A DNA stretch of 20,000 nucleotides from an uncultured virus (IMG/VR IMGVR_UViG_3300042866_001241). Taxonomy: Duplodnaviria; Heunggongvirae; Uroviricota; Caudoviricetes. A model generated the notes under the pieces. The model was not told the DNA's origin and searched no databases. It saw nothing but the letters and a program-made list of their open reading frames with translations. The position numbers and the translations under genes are program-made. The stretch lies in the IMG/VR virus record IMGVR_UViG_3300042866_001241; one strand, 5' to 3'. This document shows positions 14,892 through 20,000 of this stretch, piece by piece; position 1 is the stretch's first letter, and every line of letters begins with the position of its first letter.

Positions 14892-15165
14892 TGTAGATCT
14901 TGACGAAGTTGTAGAACAGGTAGCTGAACGAGGTGGTCTTGGGGCCGTGGAACCTGTCGGCTTTGGCGGCGTCGATGATGTCTGAGATGATGTCCTCTTC
15001 AGACCTGCCCTCTACCTTCATCTCCTTGGCGACCTTGTTCAAGAGCAGGAAGCAGTACTGCCTGTTCTTCAGCACCGTTCCGTCAAGCATCCCTCCGTTG
15101 AGTTCCTTGAGCTTTGCGGTGAGCCTGTCTATCCTGCCGTCCGGCTGTTTCTTCTTTGCTGTCAT
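14791..15165 (-). CDS. Small replication-initiator C-terminal-like protein (124 aa)
   Basis: IIDAAKADRFHG....SFSYLF.NFVKI.NG resembles the C-terminal helical module of phage replisome organisers. Overlaps the next gene by 101 nt. Confidence 0.5.
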   Translation of the reverse strand: MTAKKKQPDGRIDRLTAKLKELNGGMLDGTVLKNRQYCFLLLNKVAKEMKVEGRSEEDIISDIIDAAKADRFHGPKTTSFSYLFYNFVKIYNGAQQQHASQPSGYSEQVAHAVARRLAARKAGG

Positions 15166-15178
15166 GGTGTTGCTGGTG

Positions 15179-16480
15179 TTACCCCCATCTTGATGTCATC
15201 TGCTCACGGGGAGCAAGGATGACGTTGGTTAGTTGCTTCTTGTACGCCATTCCGGTACGCTTGTCGGTCAGCTTGCCGCACATCCTGGCGAGGCCCTTGT
15301 GGTCGTTCTCCACCACCAACTCCTCCACCGGACCAAAGGTGTTCACGAGGTTCACCATGTCAATGACCCATGCCGACTTCTTCGACGGATGTGGGCGGAT
15401 AGCCCGGCCAACCATCTGGTAGTACAGCGACAGGCTCATGGTTGGGCGGGCGAGAACGATGGTGTCGAGTTCGGGGAAGTCAAAGCCGGTGGTCAACACT
15501 CCCACGTTGGACACTACCGGTATCCGGCCGGCCTTGAAGTCGGACAGGATACGGTCGCGCTCCTTCTGTGGTGTCTCTCCGCTGACCATTTCTGCTCCGG
15601 GGATGTACTTCACGATGTTGCGGCTCTCCTCCACGAACTTGGTGAAGACCAAGATACTCTTCCTCGGAGGGGACTTCTCACCGGACATCAGACGCTCGAT
15701 GATGTTCACCACCTTCGCCTCCATGTCTGACGCTTCAAAGGCAGCACGGATGGAAGCATCGGTGTAGTCGGAGCCTGCTGAGTTGAAGCGAAGCATGGTA
15801 GGGTCGATACCCTTGTGCCGGAAGTACTCCATCTTCGCCAGGTATCCACGCTGCTGGATGTCCTTGATCTGCACGCAGTAGATCATCTTGTCCCAGATCT
15901 TCGGGTTGCTGCGCCCGAGGAACTTGATCTGAGCGCCGAAACTGTTGGTGCCAAGGCGGAACGGTGTGGCCGTCAGCCCGAGCATCTTGGGACGCACACC
16001 GTTCTGTTGCTGGAGGTAGTCGAGGAACCGGTGGTACATCGGCTTGTAGACCTCATCCGCATCCTCTCCCTGCTCCTTGATGTACCGCTTGTCCGCCGCC
16101 GACATCTTCGGCCCCTCTCCGACCAGGTGGCACTCATCTACGATGATGTGCTTGAAGTGCTTGAACTCCTCCATCCTGTTCATCACCGAACCGATCATGG
16201 CGAAGGTGATGTGCGCTATCTGCTTCTTCCCGGCCGAGGCAGAGAAGATGGCTGGCAGGTGGCCGAACGACCGCATCTTGTGGTAGTTCTGCATAAGGAT
16301 TTCCTTGGACGGCTGGAGCACCAGCACCGGGCCGTCCAGCCGGTCGGCTATTCCGGCTATGACGAGCGACTTGCCCGATCCGGTCGGCAACACGATGAAG
16401 TCATTGCCTTTGCCGTGCATGAGGTGCTGCACCCCTGCTTCAATGGCTCCTACCTGATAGTCTCTTGGGACGAACTGCAT
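15179..16480 (-). CDS. SF2 DEAD/DEAH-box helicase, RadD/YejH-like (433 aa)
   Basis: Q-motif PRDYQ, Walker A LPTGSGKS, VDECH, motif III GLTATP, VLTTGFDFP and motif VI QMVGRAIR. Start MQFVPRDYQ at 16480. Confidence 0.93.
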   Translation of the reverse strand: MQFVPRDYQVGAIEAGVQHLMHGKGNDFIVLPTGSGKSLVIAGIADRLDGPVLVLQPSKEILMQNYHKMRSFGHLPAIFSASAGKKQIAHITFAMIGSVMNRMEEFKHFKHIIVDECHLVGEGPKMSAADKRYIKEQGEDADEVYKPMYHRFLDYLQQQNGVRPKMLGLTATPFRLGTNSFGAQIKFLGRSNPKIWDKMIYCVQIKDIQQRGYLAKMEYFRHKGIDPTMLRFNSAGSDYTDASIRAAFEASDMEAKVVNIIERLMSGEKSPPRKSILVFTKFVEESRNIVKYIPGAEMVSGETPQKERDRILSDFKAGRIPVVSNVGVLTTGFDFPELDTIVLARPTMSLSLYYQMVGRAIRPHPSKKSAWVIDMVNLVNTFGPVEELVVENDHKGLARMCGKLTDKRTGMAYKKQLTNVILAPREQMTSRWG

Positions 16481-16649
16481 TGCTGTGGCTGAGTTGCTGT
16501 TGTTTGCTGTATGGCTGAATCCAAGCGAGGTACTTACAATGCCCATTGGAGCATACGGGGAAGTACATCGTGTCCTTGCTTCCAGGGTCTTGCGGTATCC
16601 AGTGGCAGGCTACCGACACCTTGCACATTTGGCACTTCTGGGTGTTCAT
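16440..16649 (-). CDS. Small Cys-rich hypothetical protein (69 aa)
   Basis: CQMC...CSNGHC. ATGA-coupled upstream, with a 41-nt overlap into the helicase start. Confidence 0.55.
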   Translation of the reverse strand: MNTQKCQMCKVSVACHWIPQDPGSKDTMYFPVCSNGHCKYLAWIQPYSKQQQLSHSNAVRPKRLSGRSH

Positions 16650-16999
16650 GCGTTGTTGAAGTCTTCAAGGCATACGGAGCACAGGTCGGCGGGCTTGAAG
16701 GTATCGAACTGATCGCCTTCAAGTATCCTTCCGGTAGCGAGTCTGCGCCTATCGTAGTTGCTCACTACCCCGCAGTGTTCGCTACCTGCCCAATGTATCT
16801 TGCCTTGCTTGGGTAGCATGTCTGCGATCTTGAAGGTGTCGAGGTCAAAGGTTGGATGGCTGAAGCCCCCGGCTTCCAACACCTCGGCAATGGTAGGGGG
16901 CTTCTCTGCCTCCATCCGTTCGTAGGCAGCAGAGCCTTCCTCCGGTGTCCACGGCCACTCGTAGTAGTGGAGGTTGGATAGGATGAGGCGGGGCTTCAT
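16646..16999 (-). CDS. Hypothetical protein (117 aa, MKPRLILSNL...) with H..C...CxxC Zn-binding-like C-terminus
   Basis: Start at 16999 overlaps the MTase stop (ATGA). KIHW....HCG...LCSVC. Confidence 0.68.
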   Translation of the reverse strand: MKPRLILSNLHYYEWPWTPEEGSAAYERMEAEKPPTIAEVLEAGGFSHPTFDLDTFKIADMLPKQGKIHWAGSEHCGVVSNYDRRRLATGRILEGDQFDTFKPADLCSVCLEDFNNA

Positions 17000-18555
17000 C
17001 GGCTCACTCGTTTGATCTGTTCGCCGATGTAGCGCACCACGGGAACGGCCCAGGAGTTGCCGAGGGCTTTGTATCGCGGCCCGTCCGGGCTGTTGGGCTT
17101 GCCCCTCCAAGGGATGTCCGTGTATCCGTCCGGAAAGCCTTGGAGCCGTTCGCACTCCACCGGGGTCAGGCGGCGGACCTGCATACCCGACTTGGCGTAC
17201 AGGCTACCATTGTCCGCGCTGGCATTGCCATTCCACTTGGTTCCGTATGCTGCTGTTAGCGCATCCGCCGTGTCGCGGAATGGAGTCGCCAGCACTTCAT
17301 CCTTCGGAACAACCGCTACGGCATGCGAATGTGCTGACTGAAGGGTAAAAGTGGGGTCTCCTTCATTACCAATCCCAACACCCTCACGAGTGCTGTTCGA
17401 TGTCTCGGCACCGCGTAGCCCAAGCTGCGTGTTGATTGGATACGCCAACACCTGATCGTTCGCCGTTGCCAGCGTCAGGCTTTGGTCCTCACTCACCAGC
17501 GGGCCTTTGCCGCCGCCCTCCTTGCCTTCGCGCATGCGGACGAGCATCGGAGGCTCGTGGCTGTGCAACGTGTGGCACGGGTCGCCTGGCTGTGGGTTGC
17601 TCCGGTTAGCCTTGGATGTGACTTGAGCGGGGTCGAAGGCGACATACGTGGTCTGATGCGTACCCGGCTCCGCTGACAATGCCCCGGCCACATCCTGCTC
17701 GCGCACCTCTTCACGCTGGTTCTGAACGAAGGCGATTGGAGCTTCGTGGTTGCAGGTGAGCGACGGCGAGCCGTCGCTCACCACTTCGGCGTTCGCTTGG
17801 CCGTGCGCCATGACCGTTAGTCCTCCATCGCAGTCGAAGTCCGTCCCAAGGCCACCGCCTCCAGTGCTGCGTGAAGGGATGGTGGGAGCGACTTCCCCCT
17901 TGCTTCGGCTCGGCGCAGAATGCCAGCGGCTGCTTTTGATGATAGGTAGTAGCGCGTCGGCAGCGGCCCATCTTCCAGCACCTCCCTTAGCGAGCACGAA
18001 GACCCGCTTCCGTCGCTGGGCCAGGCCGATGTGCTGGGCGTCCATAACCCGCCACGCGCAACACCGGGCTGGTCCATCAACCACACCCGCGTCTGCCCAT
18101 CCGTTCGCAGGCTCATGGATGGCGGTATCACTTCCGCATAGGCCGCCCAAGAAGGCACCGAAGGCGTTGTCGCGGGTTGAGAGCACTCCGGGGACGTTTT
18201 CCCACAGGATCCAGGCTGGTTCTGTTCCAGCAGTTGATCGAAGATGGTCGATTGCATTGGCGAGGAGGACGAATTGAAGTGTGAGGTTGCCCCTGTCATC
18301 GGCCAGGGATTGCCGTAGGCCGGCCACGCTGAACGCTTGGCACGGTGTTCCTCCGCAGAGCATGTCAGCGTCCACGATCCACGGCTCGTCCTTGAGCTTT
18401 GTAAAGTCGCCATGGAGCGGAACGTCCGGGTAGTGGTGCTGAAGCACAGCACGGGGGAAGGCTTCTATCTCGGAGAAGGCCAGCGCCTTCCAGCCGAGTG
18501 GTTCAAAGGCTACCGAAGCGGCCTCGATGCCGGAGCATACGGATAGGAACTTCAT
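16996..18555 (-). CDS. C5 DNA cytosine methyltransferase (519 aa) with extended repetitive variable region
   Basis: Motif I SVCSGIEA, IV GGTPCQAFS, VI WENVPG, VIII QRRKRVF, IX RRLTPVECERLQGFPD, X RYKALGNS. Start MKFLS at 18555. Confidence 0.95.
   Translation of the reverse strand: MKFLSVCSGIEAASVAFEPLGWKALAFSEIEAFPRAVLQHHYPDVPLHGDFTKLKDEPWIVDADMLCGGTPCQAFSVAGLRQSLADDRGNLTLQFVLLANAIDHLRSTAGTEPAWILWENVPGVLSTRDNAFGAFLGGLCGSDTAIHEPANGWADAGVVDGPARCCAWRVMDAQHIGLAQRRKRVFVLAKGGAGRWAAADALLPIIKSSRWHSAPSRSKGEVAPTIPSRSTGGGGLGTDFDCDGGLTVMAHGQANAEVVSDGSPSLTCNHEAPIAFVQNQREEVREQDVAGALSAEPGTHQTTYVAFDPAQVTSKANRSNPQPGDPCHTLHSHEPPMLVRMREGKEGGGKGPLVSEDQSLTLATANDQVLAYPINTQLGLRGAETSNSTREGVGIGNEGDPTFTLQSAHSHAVAVVPKDEVLATPFRDTADALTAAYGTKWNGNASADNGSLYAKSGMQVRRLTPVECERLQGFPDGYTDIPWRGKPNSPDGPRYKALGNSWAVPVVRYIGEQIKRVSR
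17817..18257 (-). CDS. Nested +1-frame gene within the MTase; M.EcoHK31I beta-polypeptide-like accessory subunit (146 aa from MQSTIF)
   Basis: Stop-free same-strand frame. It carries GKTSPECS, GGLWTPSTSAWPSDGSGSSCSLREVLE and YYLSSKAAAGILRRAEARGKSLP..L..ALE, the pattern of alternative-frame C5-MTase partner polypeptides. Confidence 0.7.
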   Translation of the reverse strand: MQSTIFDQLLEQNQPGSCGKTSPECSQPATTPSVPSWAAYAEVIPPSMSLRTDGQTRVWLMDQPGVARGGLWTPSTSAWPSDGSGSSCSLREVLEDGPLPTRYYLSSKAAAGILRRAEARGKSLPPSLHAALEAVALGRTSTAMED

Positions 18556-18854
18556 CGGCTCATGTCTTGGGTGCTCCATGCCTCAACTTCGATGGTACGC
18601 CCGTCATCGAAGGCCCTCCACTTCTTGTCATGCCCGATGTACCCACGGGAGATGACGTAGTACGGATGGCCGGTCGGGGCTTGGTCGGTTCTCCACTGGT
18701 TCTTGAGGGATAGGGAGTAGATGGTGAAGATGTGGAAGGAGTTGGTGAGGATGAACAGGGCTACGAGGATGTAGAGTACAATGTCCCTGTTGCGTAGCTG
18801 CCTCTTGTGGCGCTCCTGCCGCTCTTTCTGTGCTGCGCGTGCTGTCTCGTTCAT
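18552..18854 (-). CDS. Single-TM membrane protein (100 aa, MNETARAAQK...)
   Basis: Basic N-terminus, then TM IVLYILVALFILTNSFHIFTIYSL. ATGA coupling on both sides. Confidence 0.68.
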   Translation of the reverse strand: MNETARAAQKERQERHKRQLRNRDIVLYILVALFILTNSFHIFTIYSLSLKNQWRTDQAPTGHPYYVISRGYIGHDKKWRAFDDGRTIEVEAWSTQDMSR

Positions 18855-19120
18855 TGTTGCTGTGGCTTGGTGAAGATGCGCCTGTACCATGGCAGGCAAT
18901 CGTACTCCCTGATCAGGCTGATCGCGTTCATGAGCCTCCTGTAATACTCATCCCTTTCGGACATTACCTGTCGCGCATGCTCACTGCCTTTTGGGAACAG
19001 GTATGTGGTGAGCGTGCCGCTGTAATATGTCATGTACATGAGGGTGTTTTCCTCATGGGCTTTCTTGTGGTTGAGAAGTGCTGTGTACTCCTCAAGGGGT
19101 ATCGTGACTGTTGCTGCCAT
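18851..19120 (-). CDS. Hypothetical protein (89 aa; TVTIPLEEY..L ... LPWYRRIF)
   Basis: ORF track. The terminal motifs are typical of small phage early proteins. Confidence 0.72.
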   Translation of the reverse strand: MAATVTIPLEEYTALLNHKKAHEENTLMYMTYYSGTLTTYLFPKGSEHARQVMSERDEYYRRLMNAISLIREYDCLPWYRRIFTKPQQQ

Positions 19121-19125
19121 GGCGG

Positions 19126-19998
19126 TTACTTGTTGAGGTCGGCGATGAGTCCAGGTGTCATGCTATCCAGCCCTGCCATGACCCGCTTGACGGCGTGATG
19201 TCCGATGGGGGAAAGCATATCGGGGGCTGACTGCTTGACCAAAGCTACCCATTCGGTCCACTTGTCGGCATCGGACAGTTTGGCCTTGCGGTCCTCCTCT
19301 TCCTTGGCTTTGGCAGCGGCCTCCTGCTCCATCTTCTTGCGGGCGGCTTCCTCTGCCTCGGCCTTCAGCTTCGCCTGACGCTCTTCCTCCCGGCGTGCGA
19401 GTTCGGCTTGGCCGCTCTCGATCAATTCCTCGAATGCCTTGTCTGAAACAGAATCCACAAGCGCCTCTTTGCTTATTGGAGGGTATCCAGAGAGCGTGAC
19501 GAATGTGGTTCCCGCATCCTCTAACGCATCCCACCCGGCTTCCTTCAGGCGCTTCACACGGTCGGCAATGAGATCCAAGCGGGCTTGCTTCCGGTGCTTG
19601 CGGTCCTGAGCCATGCGACCCTCATGCTCCCACTCCTCGATTTTATCGTCGCTCACCCCGATCAGCCCGGTTTCTCCGTCGATGATGCAGGCCGCGATGA
19701 CCTTACCCTCCTCATCATACAGCACCATGCCCGGCTCCGGTTCGCCGTCCTCTGCACGGTACGCCCACCCAGCTTGACCCAGCCTGTGCATGCGGTCGTC
19801 CAGCTTGCGCTGCCGCTCAGCCGCTTGGTTCTGCTGCTCTGCCCATACCTGTGCCTCTTCGATGAGCTTCAGACGCTTCTCCACCATCCTCCATGCCTCG
19901 GCCTGAAGTTCTTCCCATCCTTCGGCGCTCATCTCTCCGAGGTCGGACGGCACCACGTTTATCAGTGCCATGTTCCCATGGGTGATGTACAGTTGCCC
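19126..19998 (-). CDS. Coiled-coil-rich phage protein with internal repeats, probably 5'-truncated by the window edge
   Basis: The frame stays open upstream of the ATG at 19971 to the edge (GQLYITHGN-MALINV). E/A/K/R-rich helices; the R..RL..AGW module occurs twice. Confidence 0.75.
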   Translation of the reverse strand, partial: GQLYITHGNMALINVVPSDLGEMSAEGWEELQAEAWRMVEKRLKLIEEAQVWAEQQNQAAERQRKLDDRMHRLGQAGWAYRAEDGEPEPGMVLYDEEGKVIAACIIDGETGLIGVSDDKIEEWEHEGRMAQDRKHRKQARLDLIADRVKRLKEAGWDALEDAGTTFVTLSGYPPISKEALVDSVSDKAFEELIESGQAELARREEERQAKLKAEAEEAARKKMEQEAAAKAKEEEDRKAKLSDADKWTEWVALVKQSAPDMLSPIGHHAVKRVMAGLDSMTPGLIADLNK

Positions 19999-20000
19999 AT

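Noticed and set aside
15233..16492. Long + strand ORFs (165, 109 and 225 aa) antisense to the helicase
   Set aside because: Antisense shadows of a well-supported gene, with no independent evidence.
9319..18555. MTase plus HNH/PD-(D/E)XK nucleases as a restriction-modification or defence system
   Set aside because: The genes are kilobases apart, and the nucleases resemble common phage recombination/resolvase-type families. An orphan MTase is more parsimonious.
1..20000. CRISPR array, tRNA/rRNA, integrase/att site, IS element
   Set aside because: No regularly spaced repeats, cloverleaf or transposase/integrase motifs were seen. The only intergenic gaps over 40 nt are 6773-6905 and 7449-7493.

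Overview
This 20-kb window is a gene-dense fragment of a tailed dsDNA phage or prophage read in the standard genetic code, with a Bacteroidota host likely (possibly a high-GC Flavobacteriales lineage). The host call is inferred from the lack of Shine-Dalgarno motifs, TAnnTTCG-type -7 promoter elements, Flavobacteriales-like CUB/Ig modules and D-S-(I/L/T) sequons. The left third (+ strand, 1-6772) is a late module. It holds the end of an unknown gene, a 1043-aa repeat-built virion-surface-like protein, three coupled small membrane proteins (holin candidates), an amidase-2 endolysin, and a 795-aa spike/fibre-like protein with two Ig-like repeats. Back-to-back convergent terminators (6811-6885) separate it from a long, translationally coupled - strand early/middle operon (6906 to >20000). 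That operon encodes a C5 DNA methyltransferase, an SF2 (RadD/YejH-like) helicase, replication-associated proteins, a MazG-like pyrophosphatase, HNH and PD-(D/E)XK nucleases, a YopX-family protein, a spanin-like overlapping pair and many small hypothetical or membrane proteins. Most notable observations: (1) a nested +1-frame gene inside the methyltransferase that resembles the M.EcoHK31I beta polypeptide; (2) an 8-mer, CAGCAACA, next to 11 start codons of the - strand operon; (3) a spanin-like pair away from the lysis cassette, with five Bacteroidota O-glycosylation sequons in one partner; (4) host-like CUB/Ig modules in the virion-like protein; (5) a 31-bp repeat that gives two unrelated ORFs the same N-terminus. 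Family calls come from motif recognition by eye; no searches were run.
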